From Dicyema japonicum (lineage: Eukaryota > Animalia > Dicyemida), in assembly GCA_011109175.1 (NCBI GenBank), contig RDEW01000006.1:843232-907231 (forward strand): a stretch of DNA of 64,000 nt, in the 5' to 3' direction. The translations under genes were made by a program, and so were the position numbers. Positions within the stretch are counted from its first letter, which is position 1. Each line of letters opens with the position of its first letter. Under the pieces are notes generated by a model. It did no database searches and was not told the origin of the DNA. It saw only the letters and a program-made list of their open reading frames with translations. This document shows positions 25,601-38,990 of the stretch, in pieces.

Positions 25601-28323
25601 AGTACAGAGAATCCTTTAAAAGGTCTATCATTGGAACGGCCATCTTCTTTAAATTATCAAACAATTTTGAAGCTAATTTTGGATGTTGGATAACCAATAC
25701 AGGTACAAGTGAAGCAGCCATAACCTATAGTAACAATAAGTCATACTTGAAGTGATCTATTGGTTTCATGTTGGATTGACTCCATTATAGGTTTTACAAC
25801 GGGTGACACTCTCTCACCAATATCTTGGGTGAATAACACAGCCATAGAACTAGCCAGTCTCACTCTAGACTATTAACGACACAAAAACCTGTTTGTGTTG
25901 ATATATTGACTTTGACTACACTGTTTAATAATCAATGATAATGTGGAGCACAGTCTACCCAAGGCCTCAGATTTCTCACTTTCAGGCTCCAGCGAGTCAA
26001 TTACCTTAAGTAAGTCATCTTCTAAAGCCCTAGCTGAAGAACAAGTCCACGTTGTCCTAAAATGGGTATAAAATTAATACATGTCGTCAAATGAATGGCT
26101 AAAGCCAAGATTAGAGTACTCCACCAATGTAGTGTAACAAATCCCGTTCAGAGTAGATAGATTGCAGTAGTCCTCTTCGTAGCAGATTATCTCACCAAGC
26201 TGATCTTTAATAACAGACACAACATCGTCGTTTAATTGATACATCTTTTTGCTCAAAAACCAAATACTTTATAAACTCTTAAAATCTCCGTCAAAGTAAA
26301 GAGGACAACCTGTCTATGAACTGAATTTCTATGCGACAAATGACGACAAAAGAGCTTCTGTATAACATTAGACATTTCTCCAGATATTCTTTCAACCACA
26401 CGTGCTATCATACAACAAAGAGTGAGGCGTATTTTGTAAACAGTTTCTTCTCTTTCATTTGTGGGCAAAGTCGAAAGTTCCCCCTCCCCGATGTTAACTG
26501 TAGAAGACGGCTATAGAAATAATTGAGAGTACAAACAGAAAAGGCGAAACCAACATTAATAAGAGTTTCAGGGACAATTGACCCGATTCCCTGTGAAGCT
26601 AACAGCAACCACGTGTCGATCACAATCACAACTTGCAAATCATATAAGCTTGCTATAAATGGCTCAACCAAACATTCCCAGCACTAGTCATATAAGTCAA
26701 ACAACCTTGAACATGGATTCTCGAACATCAGAACGTATCTCCATGAAACAGAGGCTGAAAATGTGTTTCATAAAATGAAGGAGTATATCAAAGGTCAGAA
26801 GTGGAGGATTCTAAAATTAACCAATAAGAAACATGGGTCAGGATTAACGAAATAGCTTGACTGAAAGTTGAGAAGGCATTAAGTCGGAAGTGGAGATGAG
26901 CGTTTTCAAAAAAACTGACAATCCTATGCAAAAGCTTTTGGGAGAGATGTCTTGATAATATACAAGCAAATACTCTTTGAGGATCTCCCCATTCTTTTGA
27001 ATCAAGCAAGTTAGGAGAGAAAGAGCTTTATCAGAAGAGCATGAGAGGTCGCTAGTTTCGTTGAGGATTGTGATCGTATTATACGATACTTGTCGCAACT
27101 AAATAAGCTAAAAGACATTACTTGATGAAGGGAGGACAATTTGATGAATTGATCGACAACATTGGTTAATATAATCGCAGCTTGAGCAACGTTAACTTCC
27201 TCCTCGTTGACTGATAAGCACTCTTTAAGGTTGGATAAGAGGGTTGACCAAAGAGAGTCCGAAATATTAGTTGTCTATATAAAACAGTCTAACCAAACTT
27301 TATCCACAGAAATGTATTTGAATATAAGAAGTCCACTGTGCCTTACATTGTGATCCTGACAACCCAACATTCTCACAGACAGTGAAAGAAAAGCTGTGCA
27401 GATAGACTCGGAAAAACCGGCGAGGATATGAGAGAAAGACTGAGCAAGCGTCTCTCTGACGGGAGCAACCATCTGTTTGCTGACAAATTTGATACCTCCC
27501 CCGACACAAAATCCCCAAATTTATCCAAAACAAGAACGCAGATTATCCTGAGGGCAACAAAAACCAGCGAAATATGTTCATTGGTCGAAACAGGCTTGCA
27601 TGATCCATTTTCGGTTAACTTAGGAAGCCAAAACTGTCCCCCATTCTTCATCAGTTCTCTCAAAGCGACTGCAGATCCATGCCTAGTCTCCCAGTCAAGA
27701 TCAAAAATGCCATCAGTAATTACACGGAGTAGTCCAATCATGTTTGGTTCCTTTATAAGTGACATAACTACCATTTTCGTGGTCTTTTCCGGTAAAATGG
27801 AAGGCAAAATCTGTCCAATCGTTCTGTCACAAAAGTCAAGAACTGTTTGCTTATCATAAATCTGGTCGTTTTGGCGGGAATCAGTGTGTTTAATTCTTTT
27901 TGACTGAGACTGACCATCAGAAATCAAATTCGGAGAATCGGAAAGAAGGGGCATTCCACATGATAAAATATCTTCCAGTTTAAAAAGAGGTATGTTCTCA
28001 TTAAATTCGTCTTCTAACAGTTCGTTGTGTTCAGGAGGAAAGTTGAACGATTGCATGGCCACAGAGAGCATATATCCTGTTGCAATTCTGGTGTCCCAGG
28101 ACGGATCGGAAAGGCAGCAAATAACTCTGTCAAAAACTTTATCCGAGAAGCAGGAGAGTAGGGAAAGAGCAATCTGCTCAGCCGCGTTCTGTTTGATGGA
28201 TAAGTTGGATCCGTTCTCAAGAAGAGTAAAGAGTTTGACAAGAAGAGGAATTTTCTGTCCATTATGATGTCTGTGAGATTTCTAAAATTATAAAGGCATG
28301 AATCATACTCCATGGTCAATCAT
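19667..28323 (-). CDS. BTAF1: TBP-associated SNF2 ATPase BTAF1/Mot1, ~1600 aa, ~31 introns
   Basis: Hand-spliced motifs: [16 protein letters not shown]; [13 protein letters not shown]; [17 protein letters not shown]; [10 protein letters not shown]; CILDEGH; [17 protein letters not shown]; LICNHP; [34 protein letters not shown]; [11 protein letters not shown]. Introns 21-31 nt except 21169-24257. One homopolymer frameshift near 21140. Confidence 0.96.
21180..21745 (-). mobile_element. Ginger/KRBA2-like integrase C-terminal remnant within the BTAF1 intron
   Basis: [18 protein letters not shown]; YTFNMGDK|VRAKKDF with a 27-nt GT-AG intron (21311-21337). Confidence 0.65.
21746..24256 (+). mobile_element. 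Tc1/IS630-like DDE transposon (degenerate) with arrayed terminal inverted repeats
   Basis: taataactttgtca arrays at 21748-21820 and inverted at 24199-24256; HTH region; [24 protein letters not shown]. Interrupted by a pogo element in the GYSFKK codons. Confidence 0.85.
22349..23639 (+). mobile_element. pogo/Tigger-like DNA transposon, internally deleted
   Basis: Perfect 20-bp TIRs cagtaggaccccgccccaat / attggggcggggtcctactg, TA target duplication, CENP-B-type [11 protein letters not shown] and [13 protein letters not shown]. Confidence 0.93.
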
Positions 28324-28324
28324 C

Positions 28325-28405
28325 GAAGTTTCACGTCACCTTATATATTAAACGGTAATATATTACGCTAATTATGATAATATATGGCGTCTGATTGGTC
28401 GAAAA
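28325..28405. promoter_or_regulatory. Putative BTAF1 promoter with CRE/ATF-like and CCAAT elements
   Basis: CACGTCA at ~28332, TATA-like tatatattaa, and ctgATTGGtc (CCAAT on minus) at ~28391, just upstream of the BTAF1 ATG. Confidence 0.35.
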
Positions 28406-28458
28406 CTAACTTTTATTTTATTAATTTTAAATTAATTTATTTTACTTATTTTTTAATG

Positions 28459-28793
28459 TTACATATTTAATTTAGCTCTATGGTTAACTTCTGGGAATAT
28501 TATTGTATTTATTTCTATTCTGATTTTGTAAATTCATACTTCTTTGATTAGAAGACTTGTCTATAACAGTGGTTTACCATCAACTGTTGGAAAGCCATGC
28601 CTATGAGGACCAGATGCACTCTGGGTTAGCTATCTTCATTCTTGGAGGAATTATATTTGTTTGGTCCCCAGTTCACTTAAATTATTTCGAGAGCCGGTCT
28701 CCAACTTGTTGGTGAGTCTGAGGTAATTAACTAATAACTAGAAGCACGTTTTCAAATATTCTATTATCATTAAAATTTGAATATTTGCTTTAA
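28459..28793 (+). CDS. Possible small spliced hydrophobic protein divergent from BTAF1
   Basis: Micro-intron-like GT..TAG segments (e.g. gtaaattcatacttctttgattag, 24 nt) and an open frame YHQLLESHAYEDQMHSGLAIFILGGIIFVWSP. Structure not resolved. Confidence 0.25.
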
Positions 28794-31049
28794 TTAGAAT
28801 TTTAATTTTGTGTTAACTATAGATCACATTGTTATTTTCATTGAACACGTGACTTTTCATTACCAGTAAAATCATAATTATGTTATTTCCCCAATTCAGT
28901 TTGGTAGTATTTCTCACAAGATGATTGCTATTGCCAACATGCCTTTTACATATTTTCCTCGTGTTTTTTTAGGGAAAACAAAAATTAGGGGAAATCTTCA
29001 TATGAATTGCTTCGAAAATCACAGCGGCATTTGTAAGATAAGGCAATCCAGCTTGCTGCGATTCACTGGTTTAGCATAGATAAGCATATCGATATTGGCA
29101 TGTACAAGACTTTTTGAAGTTATCTTCGCTTTGTGTATCAAGGTTTTTATCTCTTATTCCTGTTGATAGTAGCATACATTTATAATAGTGATTGTCTATG
29201 GCACCGACACAGACTGTTGTGACAAATATGACATCAAAGACAATCAAGAAGTGTTCTCGATAACAAACTTGTCATGCTAGGGGTGCTTTTATACAATTAA
29301 ACTTAAGAGTTTTTGGAAAAATATGAAGTTATCCAATCCACCAGCAATTTCACCATTCCTCGGAAATCCCTCCTTGAATGTAGACGAAGCAATTCGGTCG
29401 GAATGACCTTCTTAATTGAAGAACGATCTTGCTACTTAATGGGTACTCTGGTTCTTTGCAGAAACGCAGATAACCACGGCTATTGCTCTTTGTGAACTCT
29501 TCCGAAAGGTGGAAAGGGATGGACTCTCCGACAAAAGAAGAAGATTCAAGGTTTCTCGTTGCATTAAAACCTCAAGACATGATAGGGATATTCTTTTTTC
29601 TGAGAAATGATCCAGTGATATATCTTGATAATGAAGGCTGCAAGAGAGAGCTCTTCTCATTATTGCTTTTGACACATACCACTTCCGAGGTCAAGAATTT
29701 ATCGATGTGACGTGTGAAAGTTATTGAAATGTCGTGACATCCAAGATTTATGTCTTCCAGTATGAATAAGGAGATTACCTAAGAACCTCTATCTGAATTG
29801 ATTAGTGTAAATCACTATATAGAAGCACATTGATGCCACAAGGCACATAACCGGTGATAAACCCGGTTGAGGTATGAGTGGACCTCCAAAGCGATAGAGG
29901 GAGATCTATCTTTAGGGAATGACTAGATCGTCTGTATAGGATGATGACAGCCCATTTAGATCATCAATTCTTGGATATCATGGATGAATGAGTTAACGGT
30001 ATTAATCACAGTGAAAGTCTTGTAATGTTCCATTGGTACCCGTAGAGATCTATAATTCCTATTATGATAGTGAAATCTTGCACGTAACCAGAAAAAAAAC
30101 TCGCATCCACAGTTGCTGTTCGGACTATATCTGTCGTAAATATTTATTTTCTTAGTGAGAACCTCCAATGGCCATGAGTAGGTCTGAGTTTTCCACATTA
30201 TTTTTGGTTAAAGGTGGTGTTAGGCGTGGTTTTGGTTTTCATTGTTTACATGTAATGTTTCACATGTAGGAGACGATCCAAGTATTCGTGTGTTCGTATG
30301 TAGGTTTGTAGGACTGGTACTGGGATTATGCACGAGTGTTTGTGAGGAGATAGTTAACAATCAACAGGAGTTTGTTAGATAGAAGGATGTCATAATATAA
30401 CAATGGTCCTCGGTTTGATTCCCTTATTGGCTTCTGGGACGAAGGTTTTTCTTTTTTTTCTTTGTTGTTTATTTTATCCTTTTGAGCAAAGATGGAGTCA
30501 AATGATCCATTTGTTTCAGGTGACACCCAGTGCTAGGATAAAAAGAAAAAGGATCATTTCATCTCTTCCATTTCATTGAAGGGGTTCCCACAACTGCGAA
30601 CAATGAATGTTTTTTCTCTCCCCGATAGTTCTGGATGAATTTGTTGGTCTATCTGCTTCTGCGATTTGTCATCAACTGTAAACTTTTTTTTCGTTTATTT
30701 TGAAATCGGGTAAGATAAGGTCACTGCTGTAAAAAGCCAGATCAATATTCAGAAGGTAGCTGGAAGAAGGAATAACTTTGTTGTCTTCCCAGGGTGGGTT
30801 CCAAGAGTTTATCTATAGATGGGGGTACAGTGTTTTGATCCGACAATCTAACTGCACGATTGACTGGTTTTATATTTTTCGATTTCAGGTGCCGGAGACG
30901 ATACGTAGGTGATGATCTCCCTTTGATTAGTTGAATGAGACAAGTGATGGCAATTCTTTGTTGTGGGTCACCTCCTCGAGGAGAAAAATAAATGTTATGT
31001 CTAACAATTGACCCTCTTTACTTCCCATTAAATCCTCTTTCACTTGATT

Positions 31050-33070
31050 ATTATTATTAAAAGCACTCCCGAGAAAACATAAATTAGTTAAGTTTCCCTT
31101 GTGCCGTATTTCTAATCATCCTCTCCGTCAACCTCGACCATGATCCTCTGTTGCGCGCTAGTTCTCTTAGGTAGTCCAGGTCGTTCGCCAAATTTAGTTT
31201 CATACCATCTGCCAATAGGTCTTCGTTCAAGATAGTCGGAAGTGTCGTTCTTGGTCTTACGCGAAATCCGGTTCCTGTGTGTGCGAAGTAGTTGACCATT
31301 GCAAAATTTGATGGGACCTGGTCATTTAAACGTCTTATTGAAAATATCATCTGACAGCACGCCGTATTTGCATTTTTATAAAGGTTTGCATCAGAGATCT
31401 TCATAGGCCAGTTAATCTTGATTACCGATTTGAGCTGATCTCTGTGGAAAAAGTAAAGACGGTCCATTTCCCGTTTAGAGATTCCCTAAATGCCAGAGTT
31501 GTAGGTTAGTACCGGGATGACAAAAGCTTTGTATATTCTAAACCTGGTGTTTAGTTCTATCCTCTTCTTGTGACTAGGTCGCATACCAGTTGGTATTTCT
31601 TGTGAGTTTGTTTAAGTCCTCTCTTATGATTCAGGACCCACGTAGTACCGTGTGATGTCATGTGGCTACTTGATTAAAAATTTCTCTACTTCCTTCTTTT
31701 GGTGTCATCGGATCCACATTGTTTAAAAGAGCTCACTGTCTGGCCGGTATTCTAAATAACGCACCTCTTCATTCCATTGGGAGACAACTTTTCTCCCTGG
31801 CGATGAGTTCTGGGTGTGACCCCATCTTCTAGTAGGAGCTTTATTGGAATGTGTCAGGATCACGGGATTAGCAGTTTGGTTTTATTACTTTTTAATATCT
31901 AAAAGTCTCTCGTTTAACGTCAGGGGGATCTCGAAGATATGGATGAGGAAATCACTGTGATTTAAAGAAGTAAGTATCTCTATCTGATGTTTTCAAGAAA
32001 CGAAGATCTCTGATGTATTCTATGAACACTATCTCGTTCTTACGAAGGGTCGATGATAAATAGTGACCATAAAATGGTAATTGGGAAGTTCTGCCTAAGA
32101 AATACTACACATATATGACAGAAGCTCTGGACCCAGCCGCTACTGGATTGAGAGCCACCTAAGTGCACTGCCGACTGATATGACTACACAGGACCTATGA
32201 GACCAGAATAGAAGCATTATTTTTCTTGCCGCAAACACACACCTTGGGTGAGACAACAGACAGCTGGAAACATGTCACTGGGCCACCCTGACTCGTTATT
32301 ATTGCCAAAACATAAACGAAAAATGTGGATAGTATAAATACGACTGATAAGCAAATCAATAACAAACTTCGAGCTGAACGAAATTTTATCAGTAAAAGAA
32401 GCTTAATAATGAACATTCAAAGGACGTCTTTTTCACACCTTAGAGAGTTAGGACAACTAAAGACAATGCACATACGTCCAGTCATATTGTTAAACACATT
32501 ACCCAAAGTTCTTGCATCTGTTGCTTTGAACAGCTTATGCTTAAAAGAATACGTCAGAAAGCCACAGCGGAGGAAGGTCGACAGCGGACATGTGGATTCA
32601 TAGGTGGCGGTGTACAATAGGTCAAAGATATAAAAATGGCACGACCATATTGTGGATCGATATGTCAAGAGCTATCGACACTATTATTAGACAAAAGCTA
32701 ATGGATGTCCTACAACAATTTGTGGACCGATCGTTGCAAAGGATTATCCGAATACTGCTATCTAGTACAGATCTGTCAGTCAGGATAGGAAAAACTATAT
32801 CCAGGCTTTTCAAAACAACAATCGGCACTCCTCAGGGAGATTCTCTCTCTTACTATTTTTGATACATCTAGAAGCCGCACTAAGGGATCTAAGAACGTGT
32901 TACGAATAGAGGAAGTCATGTACGTGGATGATTTGGATTTCATATCCGAGGATAAAGAAGCTATCTCACATTCAAATAAAATGCTGGTCCTTGGGTCTGT
33001 TCGATTGCGGAATCGATGGATCTCGATACGTTTCACAGAAGACAACTAAGAGTGTTATTTGACATGCAGT
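31050..33070. mobile_element. Back-to-back RTE remnants (minus 31050-31570; plus ~31880-33070)
   Basis: FHRDQLKSVIKINWP..RPRTTLP; IDMSRAIDTIIRQKL, TTIGTPQGDSLS, YVDD. Confidence 0.8.
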
Positions 33071-33087
33071 GTTCTGCCGACCCCCAG

Positions 33088-33314
33088 GATTGTGATAGTC
33101 CTTCAGGCTGTCGGGGAACTTTCTGTTTCCTCGGTTATGAAGTATGCCGACAATATTCTGAAGGGATTTGCGACTGGATGTGCCATAATTTTGTCAACCT
33201 TTGGATCCGTTCTTATTTTCGGATTTGAACCCAATTCTCTGTTTTTTTGGAATGCTGTTTGTGGGTCTTTCAACATTTATCTATTCGAATTATCCCCATA
33301 ATGCCTCTAAATAG
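33088..33314 (+). pseudogene. Orphan terminal exon of an SLC35A-family nucleotide-sugar (UDP-Gal/UDP-GlcNAc) transporter
   Basis: IVIVLQAVGELSVSSVMKYADNILKGFATGCAIILS is the SLC35A KYADNILKGF signature. Fixing a T-run gives ..FFGMLFVGLSTFIYSNYPHNASK*. Preceded by acceptor cag at 33085-33087, then RTE debris. No upstream exons found. Confidence 0.8.
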
Positions 33315-36300
33315 TCCATTACTTTCGTTTCAAAGATCCCTTGACTTTGGTTTATTCAATTTCAATAAATCTTTAAAATTGATAACTATTCTATTGATTC
33401 TAGACAAAATGCTTCATTGATTTAAAACATGGACATCTGTTGAGTTGAGTATTGATCTCCCTGCCATGATGGACGTTCTCTCTCGCACAATAGCTATTAA
33501 GATCAACTGGAGTGGCCAGGCTATGAATGTAGTCAGGCTCCCCTCGCTTATTAAAATAGACTTAATTACTTACTAAAATTTAAATTGCTAATTATGGGAT
33601 TTTAGAAGACCACGTGACTGGTTGTTTGTGTAATCACAATGGAATTTCTTAATCATCGCATGTTTAGTAATATCAGCTTCGGAGAGGTGAAACGTCATAG
33701 TGTCACTTATTGTCTGTTTCCCTTGACAGTAGCCAGAGAAATTCTTTGGAACAGCACTCGGTTTCTCGACGCTTGTTACTCATTTTTGATTTTATGGACC
33801 CAAGTGATCTTAGAGAAGAGATCTTATGGCCCCGAAGACTCGTTTCGACGACAACGGGCTGTACATGGAATCTGGAAAAAATATAATATTTCTCAGTGAA
33901 TATTGAAAATCGACAGAAACGTGCTTATTTTTGCTTCAAAGATTTTTATAAATTAAAATGTCCATGTTTAATCGAATCATTGAAACGTGTTTTTTTTCTT
34001 TTAAAATTTTCGTATTCCCATCAAAAATGTCTATACTTAATGAACCTACTCAAGTTGAGGGGTTCTCACAATGGTGGATAGATGTGATACTTAGAAAAAT
34101 GAGCTTTAATTTGGTTGGGGGAACCGTATAAAACTTCTTTCAGACATATCCAGAGTTATTGGAGTACTAATACGAGAGTGTCGGGCAAAATCCAGATGGT
34201 TCCGACTTTGAATCTCGCTGTTGTCCACTCAAGCTGAAGGTTTCACGCATCCATGACTTCAACGGTGAACACCTCACTGCGGAAGTTTAGCATATGGAGG
34301 AGACTCACACGTAACAAAAAGAAGTTAAGAATAATCTTCGACCTTCTTTCAACGATTAGTTGGTATAACCGTTAAATACTCTAAAATAAAGTTTGATCCT
34401 ACACACGTGGAGTTATAAGCATTATGGATCCCGTGAAAGTGGTTTTTTGTTGTAGTATTGTGATCCACAAAGAACTCAGGGATCTCAAATAAGATATCAA
34501 CCCTCAAAGACAAAATTCAGATTGTATCTATTTTTCAAATCGAGGACACTCAGAAGCCACGACTGGATTTTAGCCAATCCCATCCAAAGCCTCAGCAAAC
34601 CAAGCTTCTGGGGCGTCTGCTATTGATGGAAATAAAACTTCCCACCTGGGATGCTCTATTCCAATTGACAGAGCCTCCGATCCAGAATATTGGACTCGCG
34701 ATCATGAGAAGTAATACCTGAAGGCAATAATGGAGACCTTGACATAAAAATGACTCCCCTGACAAATGCCAGAGAAATTCTTTGGAACAACCATTCGGTT
34801 TCCCGACGCTCGTTGCTGACTTTCGAATTCATTTACGCAAGCGATCTTAGAAAAGAGACCGTCTTGGGCTTGAAGACTCCACTTGTCTCGACAACAATGG
34901 GTGAATATGGAATCTTGTAGAGAGACTGTTTTCCGTTCTAAAAAATTATTATAATGAAAATAATTCAATTAATAAAATTAAAATTATTTTTTGTGTCAGA
35001 TATTTGCTTTGACAAAAAACAAATGGAAAATACTAACTTATTCCTCTACACTTTCAAAAATGACTAAAATCATTTCTCAGAGAGACAGACTGGGACGTTC
35101 CATGTTTATGTCAAAAAAATGTGCCCGTTACCTTTTAAACGGAGTCCCACAAGGTACTGTCCTCTCTCCTGCGTTTTTAACCTCCACCTTAGTAGCACAC
35201 CCGAGCTGGAAGACATGCTGGTCCTGTCATACGCGGACGACTTTATCCTCGCCGCCTCTGATCGCCTCAAAACGCGTTTCGATTCTATAGAGTCTGGTTA
35301 TTAACCAACCACATCTCCCCTTCTTTCTTCAAGTCTAGCATCATATTATTCACCCCCGACAGACGCCAGCTAAATACAAAACCACAGCAGAAAATCTTCG
35401 GAGAAGTCCTCCTTATCTCAAAAACTCAGAAAATCCTGGAGTTGTATATGACTAATGGCTCACATTCTCCACACACGTGGACCACATAGTCACAAAAGAA
35501 AACAAGAAAAGCACGACCACATCTTCACCAAAGCAAGTATGGAACGATCTACTGGATGCCCCTTCTTCTGATAGGTGACTCAGAGCCTACCCTAGATAGA
35601 GAAATGAGGATGATCCTAACACAATACTTCCTCCTAAAAGATTCTGTCATTTGTGAACATTAAATTAGAAAAAAATCTAATTTATTTCCAAACTTCTTAT
35701 TATTTATATAGTAAAAATTATCTTCTTATAGTAAAAAGTATCCCTTTCCCTTTTATGGGATCCTTTTCCTTTTATGGATGATATCTCATTTCGGCTAGCC
35801 AATCGACCATTCAGCCAATTGGCTATTTATGGTTTTGTTAGTTGTTTATATTAATTTTAATTATATAAATCGATAATTAATTAGTCTGATTATTAAATTG
35901 TTCACAAAGATAGTAAGATAGTTTCTATCTCCAATATGTGCTTGTGTGGGTTTGTAGAAGCATTAAGCCAAGATGATGTCTCTTTTGGAGTGCTTTGGGA
36001 TCACGTGCCTTTGAAGTTTTCGTTTCATTTTCAGTTCTGAAAAAATTGACCCTTAAGTATCGAACCCAGGTCATACTTTTAAACAAGCCAAGGATCAGAA
36101 GAGAAGGAAGTACCGAAGCATTTCACTGATCACTTGTTTGTCCCATTTTATGTTGAGTCTTCAGGAATCCTTGGTCCATAAGCTAACGATCTAGTCCGTC
36201 AGATCTGCTCAATGATCCAAATGGTCACCAAGGTTCCACGTGAAACCTGATGTCTTCGAAAGCGTATCACGATAGTTATGTCAGAGGAAACAAGGTAGCC

Positions 36301-37189
36301 ATTCAACCTTCATAAATAAATCCAATTATTTTTTGTTTTTCAGTTTGCAAAATTCATCAATTTTGTCAAAACTTATTGGTACCTTAAAAATAAGATTTTT
36401 GATCCCTTAGTTATATAATTACCACCACTTTCCTGGTGGATTAGAGGAGGAGGTTATCCTAGTGTTTAGTTTTAATGAATATTCAGTTAGGTTAAAGACA
36501 GTACAAACTCCCGACTTTTCGGGGTGGCCTTAACATCAGATTTGTCTTCCTGCTTTTCTTTCTCCGTTATCCTAGACCGTTGTGGAAACTGAAAAAAGAA
36601 GGACGAGGCAGGTAGTCCACAGGCACGTAGCAGGCTATGCTGAATACCCTGGAATTATTGGCCATACTTGGAGGAACTCTGCACTAGTAGACTTAATACT
36701 TCAATATCTGTGAGTGAGTTCAAGAAAATCGCTATAAACAATTAGGGCTAGATGAGGAGTACTGGTATAAAGGTGCGGGACCACATGGCCACAGTATTCA
36801 GAAATAACAAACATCAGAGTTTTGATGCATGCAGTCAAGCATGTATGTGAGGTCTTCGTGCTGGACCTCGCTTCAGTGGCAAATGTCCCTTTTGCGGACA
36901 GTAGAGTTCCCCACAAAATAGCATGGTTAACGGAGAACTATACAAACAGCCTCCGTAATAATCAGAAATTGTGAACATTGTTTATTCAAAACCATAACCA
37001 AAAGTATTAATGACCGAAAGATTAAATCACAGTACATTTATGTTCTTTTAATCTATCAAATCTATGATCTGGTGGTAAACCTCATTTTTTTAAAAGTACT
37101 TTTTCTTTTTTTATCATTTCGTCATATTTGGCAGCAACAACTTTAAAATTGCTGACCAAAAAAGTTATTAATGACCCGCGTTATTCTGT

Positions 37190-38250
37190 TTGATTTCACG
37201 GTTTAACAGGAACAATTAATGGGGGTACTGAGCGGGATTTCTAGATGAATCGAGTCTAAGGATGACCCGAATTCTACTTTCAACACTGAGCTCCTTGTGA
37301 GAGTTGGAAAGACCTATTCAAAAAATTTGAAACAAACACGGGCACTCCACAAGGAGACTCTCTTTCTCCTCTACTATTCACAATTTATTTGGAAGCCGCT
37401 ATGAGGGAACTTAGACCGTATACCAAGGAAAGACGGAAGAAGTAATCTACGCGGACGATGTAGACCTAATTTCTGAAGACAAAGAGGTCCTGGAAAACCT
37501 ATTAGAAAAAGCACCAGATGTACTAGGGAAATGGTTTCTTACTGTGAACAGAGAAACAGAACTCACAGAGATATAAAGGATGAGTAACGTCCTAGAAGAA
37601 AAGTGGCGACAAGTAAAGATACTCGGTTCACTTATGAAAGATAGCGAAGATATTTTACGTAGGAAAACTCAAGCCAATGTTGCGTTATATAAACTGAAGA
37701 ATTTATAGCTCAATCAAAAATGCATCGACACGAAAATGAGAATCTTACTATACGACTCATTCATAAAACCCATACTTTTATATAACGCTAAAACTTAGGC
37801 GACCTCATCAGCGGATATGGAAAATCTAGACTCGTTCCACAGAGGTCAGCTGAGAAAAATAACAGGAATTACTTGGCCTACGAGAATATCGAGGAATGCT
37901 TTATATAAGATATGCAGCACTAGACCTATCAGCTTAGAAGTACTGGAATCTCGATGATAGCTCTTCGGACACGTGCTGAGGATGGAATTAACATCCCCAC
38001 CGAACATATCTATGGAAACATACTATGTTAATCAAGAAGGCCTCTATCGTGGAAGACCAAGAACAACACTGCCAATAGTCTTACAAAAAGACCCAAAAAA
38101 ATCTAATAAATGCCGACGACCTAGACAACATGAGAGCCTTGGCTAGGAACAGGGGAGCATGGAAAAGGATGACATCTAACCTTGTTTCTTTTGCTGCACA
38201 TGCGGAGCTATAATTAGTATGGCTCTCGTGAAGTGCTTAAATAATAATAA
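37190..38250 (+). mobile_element. 5'-truncated RTE LINE (RT + C-terminus + (TAA)n tail)
   Basis: TNTGTPQGDSLSPLLFTIYLE, YADD, FHRGQLR, GRPRTTLP, ending gtgaagtgcttaaataataataa. Confidence 0.9.
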
Positions 38251-38279
38251 ACCCCCGACATATTAGCGACAATACCCCT

Positions 38280-38990
38280 TATTTATTTTTATTTATTTAA
38301 CTCCAAGACCACCAAGAAAGATAGGTCAAAACTAACTAATTAGGTGATCCCAGCCTCCAACAACATCCGAACTCTCTTCGTCTGGTTTTCTGATGACTCA
38401 ACCGCATTCCGGAAGCGCCTTCTTCTCCTTCTGCAAATGAATTCAATCGGCGTGCACTTTTTTTATAACCGACCGAAATTCCTCTGCATGGACCACCTTT
38501 TCCTTGAGTGGGGTTCCCAGTTCCTTGCAAAAAACTTAAGAAACCCTAGCCATTTCTCACCGTCGCTATGGAGTCTGATTGTATTTCCCTCATGATCTTC
38601 CGTCTGAGAGAATTCACACGCTTCACCCTCGTAGAAGGAATGGCGAATCTCCAGGCAGAACAGGCATATTCAATCGTCGGCGCAATAACTTGGAGACATA
38701 CTTTGCTGATACAAGCAGTAGGAGGAAGGGGATCTTCTTTACGATGGCTTTTAGGACGTTCCATTTTGAAGACCTTTGGTTAGCACCTCCTCCGTGTGAC
38801 TGGCAAACGTCATCAGAGAGTCGAAAGTTACTCAAGGATCTTCTGAATTCCTGTATAAGAGAACGGATTGTTTCCGAGAAATATCTCAAGTCCAGCTTTA
38901 AATCTTCTGTCCGTAGTAAATAGCGTGAACTGAGACTTTAATGCAGACACAAATACCCCTTATGTGTACAGGAAGTTCGGTAATTTCTGT
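38280..38990 (-). mobile_element. Ingi/Vingi-like LINE 3' remnant
   Basis: APTIEYACSAW; ends ggaggctgggatcacctaattag..cttggtggtcttggagttaaataaataaa, closely similar to 19441-19520. Confidence 0.8.
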
